Shown piece by piece: positions 37,601 through 46,545 of a DNA stretch of 64,000 nucleotides. The stretch comes from Bacteroidota bacterium. GTDB lineage: Bacteria; Bacteroidota; Bacteroidia; UKL13-3. The position numbers and the translations under genes were made by a program. The stretch spans positions 86,403 through 150,402 of the forward strand of contig JAZKBU010000007.1 of the NCBI GenBank assembly GCA_040388375.1, written 5' to 3'. Below the pieces are notes generated by a model. It made no database searches and was not told the DNA's origin. It saw only the letters and a program-made list of their open reading frames with translations. Positions within the stretch are counted from its first letter, which is position 1. Every line of letters begins with the position of its first letter.

Positions 37601-39070
37601 ACTATTTTACTGCCCGGTTTTACCGAGGTGGGTGATACTTTGCTGACTGTTATTAAAACAGATTCTATTGGTACTTCATTTGTGTTAAAGGATACGGAAA
37701 GTAAAGATTCATCGTATATAACAGTAAGTGGCGATTTGTTAAGTAATAACTTGGCTACCATTACTACTGAAGACGGTTTGGGCTCAGGTAAAGTAAATAT
37801 ATTGGTGAAAACAGATTGCAACAGTGCCTTAAAAACATGGAACCTGTATGTAAAAATACGCGACAACCAATGCCCACAACCACGCGAAAAAACAAAACAT
37901 ATTCAAATACAGGTTATAGGAATGCCTCCCATTCAAATGCCAGAGTTGGTTTGCCCATTAAGGTTAAACAATGACAGGTTACGTTTGGCATTGCCACTAC
38001 CCACCACCAATAAATACTATAAAGAATTTGCCTTAATTAAGTACAACAGGAATGTGTTTATGGGTAAAGTGAATATGTATAACAATTTATTGGCCGATAC
38101 TTTTTATATAGATGAAGCTGCGGTGGATAATGCCAATAAAAATTACTGCTATCAAACCATTGCTTATAATATTTGTGGCGAAATAATGGATAGTTCGACC
38201 AAAGTATGTGTACGTAATGAAAGCGGTGTAACGCCTGATAAATTGAAATGGTACACTGTTACCGTGGTTGACGATAAAGAGATAAAACTGGTATGGAATA
38301 AATCGCCAAACGAAGCCATTAGGTTTCAGAACTATGTTATTTATAAAATGCAGGACAGGAATGGTAAGTTGTTTAATAATTTAACATCCGTTATCAGTAT
38401 TAACGATACTACTTATACCGATACTGATGTAAAGGTAGATGACCATTCATACTGTTATAAAGTAACCAATACTAACGAGTGTGGTGTAGAGAGTGTAAAC
38501 AACGATACGGCTTGTAGTATATTATTAACCGGATCATCTGAAAAACTAGCCCATAATTTACAATGGCAAAATTATAATTACTGGCCTTTGGGTGCGCAGA
38601 AATACGAGCTGCAAAAAGCCAATGTATACAATACCACATTCAATAATATTTTACCTAACAACAATAAAGGTCTGGCTTATCTTGACAAGGTTTTTGATTA
38701 CCAGGTGGGTTTATATTATTACAAAACGGTAGCTTCCCAAAACCCTAACGAAGGCAATGCGTTTAGCGAATCAAATACGATTGAACTGATACAGGCACCT
38801 TATGTTTTTGCACCTAATGCGTACACTCCTAATGGCGATAATTTAAACGATATCTGGATTCCGCAACACGCTTTTGTACGTGACTATAATTTGAAAATAT
38901 TCAACAGATGGGGTCAGCTTATTTTTGAAACCAACGATAAAAACAAAGGATTTAACCTGAGTACTTCAAGTGGACTTATAGCGAATGATGTATATGTTTA
39001 CATTATTAACTACACAGGCTGGAATGAAGAGAGTAATACTTTAAAAGGTAATTTTACGGTATTGAAATAG
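34694..39070 (+). CDS. Large secreted protein with beta-propeller (SBBP-like) repeats and T9SS type-B C-terminal sorting domain
   Basis: 1458 aa, TTG start (uncertain). N-terminus IENKGQWESEVLYKADIPGG, then repeats of GGxxxDxxxxI type. C-terminus APNAYTPNGDNLNDIWIP...FNRWGQLIFET is a gliding-motility-associated C-terminal domain. Confidence 0.9.
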   Translation: MINNIYLLINNIKKTKYPFQWAWLFIIFFKVNSLFAFQMPTGIKFIENKGQWESEVLYKADIPGGHLFISNNCITYYLVDKLAVHDHQHGKGIKSGNAQVYKIFFDGNNPTLVTHEANFPNKERYNFYKGEQSKWRSGVRAYNQVILKNVFEGIDLEINSYGMQVKTTFIVSPNANPNDIKLRYEGADELKLIDEDINVSTSLGDIIEKKPESFQRLDKTILKIYSAYELNKNVITYKLGEYEKGRELIIDPTWIFGTYVGSPADNFGFCSTFDRLGNAYAGGTVYGANFPRTVGRFQASFQGGNSAGNEYGRDCIIAKFSPDGTDMLWATYLGGTNNEQPHSMTTNTIGDLYIMGSTYSSNFPVSTVAYDKTFNGACDIFVSKLSQDGMVLMASSFLGGAGKDGITGFEQIGYPINNGILCYNYADWYRGEIIADQFGSVYIASVTESNLFPVPNAFQPGFGGGVTDGVLAKFNDSLSRLNFATYVGGSGDDACYALITDPLSNNLYVTGGTTSANLPGTAAPFTYKGGVDGYILKTNTSGSSSPRTVYIGTNVYDQTYLIQQNTDGDVFAIGQTAGNIPVTPGIYSVPGAKHFIKSFDRGLTTEKLSTIFGKPAAFPSLSPTAFVIDKCNKLYFSGWGGTVNLFNNTDLSNTAGLPVTPNAFQKTTDGSDFYLMILGAGLKDLTYASFYGGSQSSEHVDGGTSHFDKNFIIYQTVCAGCWGNSDFPTTGDAWSNVNPGRNAKFNAAGCNIGVFKFNLDASIYKPEVRDTLIEIDAGDTLNLLINAIDKDNDSILVTATGAILAPGTNPALFEIVSRSKGLTQMRLKWATLCKNISTDTFIVDLDLTDDACPVSKTGTGKIKILVKSPKSVTPFPACLSSINDNTVRLTWDSATSKPKRFGYLQIYKSVNNGPYSLIDTVANWQVNKRIDNNALNHKIIQTKYYLVSVNNCGTVGDSSRVIGSVYEGDTILLPGFTEVGDTLLTVIKTDSIGTSFVLKDTESKDSSYITVSGDLLSNNLATITTEDGLGSGKVNILVKTDCNSALKTWNLYVKIRDNQCPQPREKTKHIQIQVIGMPPIQMPELVCPLRLNNDRLRLALPLPTTNKYYKEFALIKYNRNVFMGKVNMYNNLLADTFYIDEAAVDNANKNYCYQTIAYNICGEIMDSSTKVCVRNESGVTPDKLKWYTVTVVDDKEIKLVWNKSPNEAIRFQNYVIYKMQDRNGKLFNNLTSVISINDTTYTDTDVKVDDHSYCYKVTNTNECGVESVNNDTACSILLTGSSEKLAHNLQWQNYNYWPLGAQKYELQKANVYNTTFNNILPNNNKGLAYLDKVFDYQVGLYYYKTVASQNPNEGNAFSESNTIELIQAPYVFAPNAYTPNGDNLNDIWIPQHAFVRDYNLKIFNRWGQLIFETNDKNKGFNLSTSSGLIANDVYVYIINYTGWNEESNTLKGNFTVLK

Positions 39071-39071
39071 T

Positions 39072-39884
39072 TTAAAAAGCTAACGTTATACCAAAGTAAA
39101 ATATATTTAAATCGCTATCTGTATTATAGTTCTGGTACGATTCTAATGTACCGGTACCACTATTGAATTTAATACTTTGCGGATCTATTACTTTTATTAT
39201 GTTTCCATAGTTTCTGTGGTAGCGTAACTCAAACAAAACATTTTTTACCAGTTGCATTTTAACACCACCACCTATACCATAAATGCGTGTTGCATCGCCT
39301 TCTATATTTTTAGTATCGGTTCTACTTTGGCCCGTTCCGTCAGTATAATTAATGTTTTGGCGGGTATAAAAAAAACGTCCGCCCCAATAAGCTGTTCCAA
39401 AAATTTTAACAGGCCAGTCTCTGCCCAATTCTAAATCAACATAGGGATACCAACCATAAGAGTTGCTGTTAATAGCTAAATTAGCATTGTTCGATAAATA
39501 AGATTTATCGCCACCAAAGTATAAATAATCAAAGCCTAGGCCTGCATATAAATTAAGCGGACTTTCCACTTTACACAAAGCATTATAGCCTAACTTAAAG
39601 GCAAAGCCATAACCGGTATTCAATGTTTTATCAATGCTGGTGGTTGGTATTGAAAAGCATAATGCTGCTCCCAACTGCAAAGTTTTGCCATCAAAGTTGT
39701 TGGTATTGTTACCGCTGTTTTGTAGCGAGTCAGCTTTAAAATTATTAAGAGAATCTCTGGTACTTGTATTCCCAGTTGGTAATTTACTTATTTTGCCCGC
39801 ATTGGTATTGGGATTACGTTGGGCAATTGTTGTCAGGGTAAATAAAAATAAAAGGAGGCTTAATAGGGTAATTTGTTTCATCAT
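39072..39884 (-). CDS. Outer-membrane beta-barrel (porin-like) protein
   Basis: Start placed at MMKQITLLSLLLFLF (signal peptide). Alternating-hydrophobic strands. Terminal aromatic residue (LAF). Confidence 0.7.
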   Translation of the reverse strand: MMKQITLLSLLLFLFTLTTIAQRNPNTNAGKISKLPTGNTSTRDSLNNFKADSLQNSGNNTNNFDGKTLQLGAALCFSIPTTSIDKTLNTGYGFAFKLGYNALCKVESPLNLYAGLGFDYLYFGGDKSYLSNNANLAINSNSYGWYPYVDLELGRDWPVKIFGTAYWGGRFFYTRQNINYTDGTGQSRTDTKNIEGDATRIYGIGGGVKMQLVKNVLFELRYHRNYGNIIKVIDPQSIKFNSGTGTLESYQNYNTDSDLNIFYFGITLAF

Positions 39885-39944
39885 CGTCTCATTAGTTAAA
39901 ATCATGCCAAAATGGAAATCATTACTTTAATCAACCATAAAAAA

Positions 39945-40907
39945 CTAGTCCGCTTTATCGTAAGCTTTAATAATATCTTTTACCAGTTTATGCCTTACTA
40001 CATCTTCGTAGGTTAAATATTGTATATGAATACCTTCTACTTTCTCTAATATTTTTACCGCCTTTAGTAAACCCGATTGTTGTTTTTTAGGTAAATCTAT
40101 TTGCGATAAATCGCCAGTAATAATAAACTTAGCATGAGGTCCCATGCGGGTTAAAAACATTTTTAATTGCAGGTCGGTAGCGTTTTGTGCTTCATCTAAA
40201 ATTACATAAGCATTGTCCAATGTACGGCCACGCATAAAAGCCATTGGTGCTATTTCAATTACGCGGCTTTCAATATGTTGTTTTAGCTTTTCTGCCGGAA
40301 TCATATCGTCCAGTGCATCGTAAAGTGGTCGCAAATAAGGGTCTATTTTCTCTTTTAAATCGCCTGGTAAAAAGCCTAAGCTTTCGCCTGCCTCTACCGC
40401 AGGGCGTGCCAGTATAATGCGTTTAATTTCTTTGTTTTTAAGGGCTTTTACGGCTAATGCTACTGCGGTATAGGTTTTTCCTGTTCCGGCAGGGCCAATG
40501 GCAAACAAAATATCGTTTTTATCAATCAAATCGAGCATGGCTTTTTGATTGGGTGTTTTTGCCCTGATTACTTTTCCGTTGTTGCCATGTAAAATAACAT
40601 CGGTGGCAAGGGCTTCACTATCGCTGGTTCTGCTTTGTTTTATTTCGCTGTTTATATCGCCTGATAAAAGGGCTTTGAATTGCGCATCGCTAATGCTGCC
40701 TTTCTTTATAAGAATCTGCTCTAATTGATTTAATTTTTCTTCAAAAAGGTCTATGCCTAAATCATCGCCACTTAAAATTAACTGGTTGCCACGACTTACG
40801 ATTTTTAATTTGGGAAAATGTGCCTGAAGTATTTTTAAGTTTCTATTATTGTTGCCTAAAAGTTCGGTAGGATCTAAATTTTCAATAAGTATTTCTCTGT
40901 TGTTCAA
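39945..40907 (-). CDS. phoH: PhoH family ATPase
   Basis: 320 aa. Walker A GPAGTGKTYTAVA, ILDEAQN, ITGDLSQIDL. Confidence 0.95.
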   Translation of the reverse strand: MNNREILIENLDPTELLGNNNRNLKILQAHFPKLKIVSRGNQLILSGDDLGIDLFEEKLNQLEQILIKKGSISDAQFKALLSGDINSEIKQSRTSDSEALATDVILHGNNGKVIRAKTPNQKAMLDLIDKNDILFAIGPAGTGKTYTAVALAVKALKNKEIKRIILARPAVEAGESLGFLPGDLKEKIDPYLRPLYDALDDMIPAEKLKQHIESRVIEIAPMAFMRGRTLDNAYVILDEAQNATDLQLKMFLTRMGPHAKFIITGDLSQIDLPKKQQSGLLKAVKILEKVEGIHIQYLTYEDVVRHKLVKDIIKAYDKAD

Positions 40908-40966
40908 ATTTAATGCTGCTTAATTATATTTTTGTACGAATTTATTAAAATACTTAAGCCACACAA

Positions 40967-41749
40967 GTGAATTATATAACCCTTTTATCAGATTATGGGA
41001 ATGCCAGCCATTATGCGGCTTCTATTAAGGGAAGTTTATATAAATCCATCAGTGAGGTGCAGATTATAGACATCAGCCATAATATTCATACTTTTGATAT
41101 ATTACAGGCTGCTTTTGTTTTAAAAAATACCTATCAAAACTTTCCTGCAGGCACCATTCATTTTATTTGTGTGGATGTTAACTTCCATTTATACCAACAA
41201 ATAATAGTGGTAGAACACAACGGGCATTATTTTTTAGCGGCTGATAATGGCATTGTTAATTTAATGTTTGATGAAATGCCGGCTTCGGTTTGGGTAGTTA
41301 AAGAGGAGCTGGTATTGCAGGCAGGTTCGTTTATTGAAAATGGGTTGTTTGTACAAATAGCTGCACATATAAGCAGTAAAAAACCACTGGAAGCCATTGC
41401 ACAAAAAGGAGCCATACGCAACAACAGCCATTCACAAGCCATAGAAATAAGCAATAATATGATAAGGGCTAAGGTGGTGTTTATTGATGGTTTTAACAAT
41501 GCTTTTGTAAACGTAAGCAAACCCGTTTTTGAACATGTGCGTAAAGGCAGGAAGTTTAAAATATACTACCATGGTAAAGAGTATATTGATAAAATTGTAA
41601 GCGATTACAGTCAGGCAAAAGGAGGAGAGGACTTGGCTTTGTTTAACCATAACGATTACCTGGAAATAGCCATGAACAGAGGCCAGGCCAGCCAGCTATT
41701 AGGTATAAAAATAGGCCATAATATTATTATTGAATTTTCTGATAAATAA
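40967..41749 (+). CDS. SAM hydrolase / SAM-dependent halogenase family (DUF62) protein
   Basis: 260 aa, GTG start. ITLLSDYG N-terminus, VCVDV(N) block. Overall layout of S-adenosyl-L-methionine hydroxide adenosyltransferases. Confidence 0.85.
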   Translation: MNYITLLSDYGNASHYAASIKGSLYKSISEVQIIDISHNIHTFDILQAAFVLKNTYQNFPAGTIHFICVDVNFHLYQQIIVVEHNGHYFLAADNGIVNLMFDEMPASVWVVKEELVLQAGSFIENGLFVQIAAHISSKKPLEAIAQKGAIRNNSHSQAIEISNNMIRAKVVFIDGFNNAFVNVSKPVFEHVRKGRKFKIYYHGKEYIDKIVSDYSQAKGGEDLALFNHNDYLEIAMNRGQASQLLGIKIGHNIIIEFSDK

Positions 41750-41751
41750 AT

Positions 41752-42048
41752 ATGATTACACGTATAGTACGATTGAGTTTTGAACCTGCTAAGCTGGACG
41801 ATTTTTATGCTGTTTTTGAAGCCAGTAAATTACAAATAGCTGCTTTTGAGGGATGTAATGGTTTGCAACTGATGCAGGATGCCAACGAAAAAAATGTATT
41901 GTATACGTTGAGCTATTGGGAAAGCGAAGCGCATTTGAATAAATACCGTTTTTCAGAACTTTTTAAAACAACTTGGGCCCAAACTAAAATTCTGTTTAAC
42001 AATAAACCTCAAGCATTTAGTTTAGAATTATTGCAAAAGGTAAAATAA
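41752..42048 (+). CDS. Antibiotic biosynthesis monooxygenase (ABM) domain protein
   Basis: 98 aa. Ferredoxin-like ABM pattern (ITRIVRLSF..., YTLSYWESEAHLNKY). Confidence 0.75.
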   Translation: MITRIVRLSFEPAKLDDFYAVFEASKLQIAAFEGCNGLQLMQDANEKNVLYTLSYWESEAHLNKYRFSELFKTTWAQTKILFNNKPQAFSLELLQKVK

Positions 42049-42050
42049 TA

Positions 42051-42081
42051 TTTGCGTATAAAGTAAAAATTTTTACATTTG
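42051..42081 (+). promoter_or_regulatory. Canonical Bacteroidetes promoter for tRNA-Met: TTTG-N19-TACATTTG
   Basis: -33 TTTG at 42051-42054, a 19-nt spacer, -7 TACATTTG at 42074-42081. The mature tRNA 5-prime end is 11 nt downstream. Confidence 0.7.
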
Positions 42082-42092
42082 CAGCCCTTAAT

Positions 42093-42166
42093 GGCGGGGT
42101 AGCTCAGATGGTTAGAGCACAGGATTCATAACCCTGAGGTCGGCAGTTCGATTCTGCTCCCCGCTA
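42093..42166 (+). tRNA. tRNA-Met (anticodon CAT), elongator-like; tRNA-Ile2 (lysidine) not formally excluded
   Basis: 74 nt folded by hand. Acceptor GGCGGGG/CCCCGCT, D arm GCTC-AGATGGTTA-GAGC, anticodon arm CAGGA-TTCATAA-CCCTG, variable AGGTC, T arm GGCAG-TTCGATT-CTGCT, discriminator A. CCA not encoded. Confidence 0.95.
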
Positions 42167-42171
42167 CAGAT

Positions 42172-42198
42172 TCATTCGCTTCGTGCGGATGATTTTTT
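42172..42198 (+). terminator. Terminator 1 after tRNA-Met
   Basis: tcattcgc-ttcgt-gcggatga (8 bp incl. one G.U) followed by T6. Confidence 0.75.
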
Positions 42199-42234
42199 CC
42201 CTTGTTACTTTTATAAAGTGGCAAGGGTTTTTTA
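42199..42234 (+). terminator. Terminator 2 after tRNA-Met (tandem)
   Basis: cccttgttactt-ttata-aagtggcaaggg followed by T6. Confidence 0.6.
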
Positions 42235-42290
42235 TTTACGGCTTTGTTCATTGCCAGAGCGTCAAAGGCGTGCACAAGCATTGCGAATAT

Positions 42291-42318
42291 GCTCATTCGC
42301 AAATGCGAGCGGGTGCAG
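42291..42318 (+). repeat. Family E repeat, copy 1
   Basis: gctcattcgcaaatgcgagcgggtgcag. Compare 43821-43848. Confidence 0.7.
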
Positions 42319-42323
42319 TTTGA

Positions 42324-42917
42324 TTAGGAGGTTCTTTTGGAGACTACTTTACCTATGGAAAGTTCCACTTCTATGATGCTTAGTTGACCATTTATGTAAG
42401 TATAAGCATTAACCTTACCATCTGGTGTGGTAAATTTATACTTATGATTTCCTAAGTCTGAAATCTTTACAAAAGAACCATACATGTTGGAATAAATCTC
42501 TGTTAATCCTATCGGTTCAGTAAAGTATAAATCGGCTACTGTAAATGTAATTGCAGGCTTGTAAATGGTATCTACCTTATGGTTAATATTGCTTACATAT
42601 TTGTTACCGAGTTTCTGTGTGTAACCAATTATATTTTCTGTACCCCTGTTTGAATGCCTGTAGGCAATACCATTTTTCAGTACTGCCTGTTCCTTATGCA
42701 GGTTTATTTCTGATTCTACATGAATGGACATAACCAGTATGCTGGCATCAGTATTTGTTTTAACATCTATTGTTTCCTTTTTCCCCAGAATGGTTTTAGT
42801 GGCAGTTATACTGCCTATATTCATACCATTAAAATTTACCTCAAATTTCATTTGGCTGGTTTGTGCAAATAATAAGGTAGTAAGCAAAAGCAAGAAAGTT
42901 GTATATATAAATCTCAT
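42324..42917 (-). CDS. Hypothetical secreted beta-rich protein
   Basis: 197 aa with a signal peptide (LLLLTTLLFAQ). No motif I can name with confidence. Confidence 0.7.
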   Translation of the reverse strand: MRFIYTTFLLLLTTLLFAQTSQMKFEVNFNGMNIGSITATKTILGKKETIDVKTNTDASILVMSIHVESEINLHKEQAVLKNGIAYRHSNRGTENIIGYTQKLGNKYVSNINHKVDTIYKPAITFTVADLYFTEPIGLTEIYSNMYGSFVKISDLGNHKYKFTTPDGKVNAYTYINGQLSIIEVELSIGKVVSKRTS

Positions 42918-42963
42918 AGCTGTGAATATCAGGTTGTGAAAATAAACAATTAAAGGACTATTG

Positions 42964-43682
42964 TTATAGTAAATAAATGACCATGGTAATAACTAAAGCC
43001 GCAGCGAATAGTGAAAACAAAAAAATCAAAATAGCTTTGGCAATAATTGTAAAAATATTTTTATCCTTAAATAAGTAACAATAAGTCCATATCATAAGCA
43101 AGTGTCCGGGAATGGAAGTAATGTATATTACGGGTTTAAAGTACGCAGCATCCTGAAGTAAAGCAAGCGTTGGAATAGTTACTATAATCGCTATTATTAG
43201 CCGTTGTGCTGCCAAGTAAGTATGAATGACCAGAAACTCATAAAAATTATACTGTTTGTACGAAAAAAAAGAACTGAAAAAGCGGAATAGCTGAGTAGCA
43301 GCAGCAACTGAACTTGGGTATAATGAGTATACAACATTCCATTTAATTCCTCCGCTTTATGCCCTTCAATATCACTGGTAAACATATTCAGGTGAAAATA
43401 CTGACTCAGTAACACGTACAATCCTGCTATTAAAATCAGGAAAGTAAAAGGCCTGATATGTTTAACCCGTTTTCCTTTCAGGTAATCTTCAATAGCCCTC
43501 CCCGGATTTATAAACAAAGACTTAGTTGTATAAAACAAACCATCGTCCCAGAAATGAATGAATGTTTTTCGTAATTCGTGTATTACAAAATGCCTGTCTA
43601 TTTTAAATGTATCACCGGGCTGTCCGCAATTATTACAAAACTTACCACTGAATTCAGTATCACAATTCTTGCATACTAACAT
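42964..43682 (-). pseudogene. DUF3667 zinc-ribbon membrane protein, split by a frameshift in a homopolymer
   Basis: ORF 43197..43682 (CKNCDTEFSGKFCNNCGQ zinc ribbon plus TM helices) and ORF 42964..43215 (TM helices) overlap in different frames. The downstream frame stays open back through the A8 run at 43263-43270 (T8 on the coding strand). One extra T would fuse them as ...SVLFFSYKQYNFYEFLVIHTYLAAQRL... Confidence 0.7.
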
Positions 43683-43820
43683 GATATTTTATATTTAGTG
43701 GTCAATATTAAGCAAACTAGCGATAAATTTTCGCTGGTTTGTCAGGGAATTGTTTAGCCCCTTTGCTAGTGTAAGCCTTTGGCGTGTGCTAATTTTGTTT
43801 TAGGTTGGTTTTTTAATACA

Positions 43821-43848
43821 CTCACTCGCAACATGCGAGCGAATGCAG
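43821..43848 (+). repeat. Family E repeat, copy 2
   Basis: ctcactcgcaacatgcgagcgaatgcag. About 24 of 28 positions match copy 1. Internal hairpin ctcgca-aca-tgcgag. Confidence 0.7.
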
Positions 43849-44050
43849 GGATCATGTTATGGTAAAGGCTTGTTCATGGTTGGTGCACCACTACAAAATT
43901 ATAGCAGGGAGTTAGTACCGATAGATTGGGCTAAGCAAAGTATTGGCTGTATTAAACAGTTAGCGCTTTTAATTGATGTATAAGTTTTTGAGTGCCTTTT
44001 TATTTGTTGCTTAAAATTCAAAGTTATCAGTTAAGTAATTGATTTTAGTG

Positions 44051-44500
44051 CTATAGCCTATCACGCATTAATTTTACTTTATCGTGATCGGCCTTTAGTA
44101 AATCATATTGTGCCCTAATCATTGTTTTTTGTTCTGCTGAAAAAAGATCTGTATTTAATTCTAATGTGGTTTCGTAAGTAGTTTTCATGGCGTCTTCACC
44201 AAATTCGCATGAGTTTAAAATTGTTTTGCGGTCTTTGTTGGTGAGCGCTGCTTTTACATCCATCCAAACACGGAAAAATTTTCCTGATATAAGCGTTCCC
44301 TCGGCTATTTGACCTCCTAACATACTTACCTCAGCTACCAATTCTTGTTTGCATTTCTGACTGTTTTGTATAAACGTTGCGAACAAAGTTTTTAAATCGT
44401 GTTCATCGGTTTCTTTTGATGCTGTTTCGTAACCTTCTATTCTATCGTTGTTGATAGTGATGAGTGTATTTAACACTTCAATTGTTTTATCGTTTTCCAT
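44051..44500 (-). CDS. PA2169/DUF2383 family four-helix-bundle (ferritin-like) protein
   Basis: 149 aa. LNTLITINNDRIEGYETA N-terminal signature. Confidence 0.8.
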   Translation of the reverse strand: MENDKTIEVLNTLITINNDRIEGYETASKETDEHDLKTLFATFIQNSQKCKQELVAEVSMLGGQIAEGTLISGKFFRVWMDVKAALTNKDRKTILNSCEFGEDAMKTTYETTLELNTDLFSAEQKTMIRAQYDLLKADHDKVKLMRDRL

Positions 44501-44512
44501 TTTGTGTATTGA

Positions 44513-45022
44513 TTAAACTTTTATCTCACCTTCATTACCTGTAATTAAGTTTGTTCCTGTTATAACTGAAGCAGCCATTTTTAAGAAGTTTACCATTTTG
44601 TTTCCATCGGTATCCCAATAATAGGCCGTGGTTGGTTTTACTTTTATGATGGAAATATCCGGGTCGTTCTTACCCTCTTTAAACCAAATTTTTGCCATTG
44701 GACTCCATAGTTCGTCTATTTTCTTTTTGTCAATAATTATTTCGGCTTCCCCATTTACAATTAAGTAGCTGCTTTTACCGGGATGTGAAAAATACAATTG
44801 CACATTTTTGTCTTGTTTTATTTCCCTGTTCTTATCGCTGTTTACATCGCTAAAGAACCAAATATTTCCTTGGTCACATACTTCTATTGCTTCCATTGGT
44901 CTACACGTAGCACCATCATCTATTTTAAGATTGGTGCAGAAGAGGCAAACACCTATATCTTCAACTAAACATTTTAGTTTGTCAATTGCCTCTTTGTTGT
45001 ATAAATTTTTTATGTCACTCAT
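44513..45022 (-). CDS. Pyridoxamine 5-prime-phosphate oxidase family protein (general stress protein 26-like)
   Basis: Start moved to ATG at 45022 (MSDIKNLYNKEAIDKL). The 46-codon upstream extension in the ORF track is Cys/His/Arg-rich junk overlapping the next gene. Confidence 0.8.
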   Translation of the reverse strand: MSDIKNLYNKEAIDKLKCLVEDIGVCLFCTNLKIDDGATCRPMEAIEVCDQGNIWFFSDVNSDKNREIKQDKNVQLYFSHPGKSSYLIVNGEAEIIIDKKKIDELWSPMAKIWFKEGKNDPDISIIKVKPTTAYYWDTDGNKMVNFLKMAASVITGTNLITGNEGEIKV

Positions 45023-45048
45023 TTTATTATCCTTTCCTGTTATCTCAT

Positions 45049-45285
45049 TTATTTTTTTCCTGCCCTCATTATAAGGAATGCAATGATAACGATGATTGCA
45101 ACTACAATGAAAATACCGAAACTCATTCCGGCTTTGAAAATACCTCCTATAATTTCGCATGAACTTATAAGGGATGTAAGGAATAGTAGTGTTACCACTG
45201 CTAAAGGTTTTTTGATTGTATATATTTTTTCGTTTAACAGGCTATCATTTTGCTGATGGTTGTTTTGATCTTTATCGGTATCCAT
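45049..45285 (-). CDS. Small membrane protein (hypothetical)
   Basis: 78 aa. Polar N-terminus, two TM helices, basic C-terminus. Confidence 0.55.
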   Translation of the reverse strand: MDTDKDQNNHQQNDSLLNEKIYTIKKPLAVVTLLFLTSLISSCEIIGGIFKAGMSFGIFIVVAIIVIIAFLIMRAGKK

Positions 45286-45394
45286 TTTTATATGATTTTA
45301 GGTTATAACTGAATTGTTACCTAACAAAGTTGGGCATAGTATTTAGCAGAATCATTATATAATTTCTAAAAGCAATTACATATTTTACGGTATG

Positions 45395-45428
45395 GCAAAA
45401 AAAATGGTTACCGTTTTTGGTAACCATT
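45395..45428 (-). terminator. Terminator downstream of the lipase gene
   Basis: Perfect 9-bp stem atggttacc (45404-45412) / ggtaaccat (45419-45427). A8 on the + strand left flank gives U8 on the minus transcript. Confidence 0.85.
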
Positions 45429-45439
45429 TAAATGAAATT

Positions 45440-46540
45440 TTATTTCAGTTTTTCTGCTAAAAATAGGTATTGTGCCGGCAAATGATGTTGCCATATATTA
45501 GGGTTTTGGGTATCGTTGCTATACAATTTAAAATAGGCATCGTCAGCATATAGTATAATAGTGTTGCCTGTTCTTACATAATAGTTACTCTTGTAATAGG
45601 CAGGTATATTTAAGTTTGGTATTTGTTTTTTTACGGCTTTGGCAACCATTTTACCCAGGTACTTCTCATAATTTTTTTGTGCTTTAAAGCTGGGTTTACT
45701 TAACTGATTGTATACTCTTTTTAAAATAAGATTGGCAGGAAATTTTTGTTTTTTGATCATAGCCTTTGCATTTCGAAATGGATTAACTGCTGTAAAGTCA
45801 TCAACGGTTTGGACAGAGAAAGGTACATCAGGAACCCAGTCAGCGGTATTGACAATATTATAAGCCCAGCCACCTTCATTCATTTTTTCATAATCATAAG
45901 CAAAAAATAAGTTTCCGGGTTTTGGTCCTGCACTGCAATAGGTTTTAAACTGAATATCTTGTGGTAGCTTACCATCCAATTTCAAATTTTGCAGGTAAGC
46001 ATTCAGCATAAAAGTAATACCTCCGCCCTGGCTATGTCCGGTTAATATAAAGTCTTTGATACCTGCTTTGTAACAGGAGTCAATTTTGGCTTCAATTGTT
46101 TTTGACAGGTAAGCCATAGCCACAAACCAGCCAACTTGTACGGCTGCATTAGGGCTCTTAGCTAATTTGTATTTAAAAAGAAAATCTTTGTCCAGTTGCA
46201 ATTCTCCGGTGGCGGGTATCATGGCGGCATATAGGTTAGCTAAAAAACTTGCTTCTGTTTGAATACTACCTTGCACTGCAATTAAAGCAACAGGCTTTTC
46301 TTTATGTATCCATAAATCCCAAATATTATCAAAGGCTACAACGGGAGAGCGGTAAACAAAGCTAAATGTTTGCGGGTCGGGTACTGTTTTATTATCAGCC
46401 CATTTATCCAAAGCTATGTGTGCTTTCTGGTTAATTTTTAAGGTTTCAATGTATTCTGCTTTGTCAAATCCGGGTTTTAAAACCTGGCCAAATACCATTT
46501 GTGATAGGATGATGCAGCTTAGTAGTATGGTTATTCGCAT
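45440..46540 (-). CDS. Class 3 lipase-like alpha/beta hydrolase, secreted
   Basis: 366 aa with a signal peptide. Nucleophile elbow LTGHSQGGGI. Confidence 0.8.
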   Translation of the reverse strand: MRITILLSCIILSQMVFGQVLKPGFDKAEYIETLKINQKAHIALDKWADNKTVPDPQTFSFVYRSPVVAFDNIWDLWIHKEKPVALIAVQGSIQTEASFLANLYAAMIPATGELQLDKDFLFKYKLAKSPNAAVQVGWFVAMAYLSKTIEAKIDSCYKAGIKDFILTGHSQGGGITFMLNAYLQNLKLDGKLPQDIQFKTYCSAGPKPGNLFFAYDYEKMNEGGWAYNIVNTADWVPDVPFSVQTVDDFTAVNPFRNAKAMIKKQKFPANLILKRVYNQLSKPSFKAQKNYEKYLGKMVAKAVKKQIPNLNIPAYYKSNYYVRTGNTIILYADDAYFKLYSNDTQNPNIWQHHLPAQYLFLAEKLK

Positions 46541-46545
46541 ATTGT

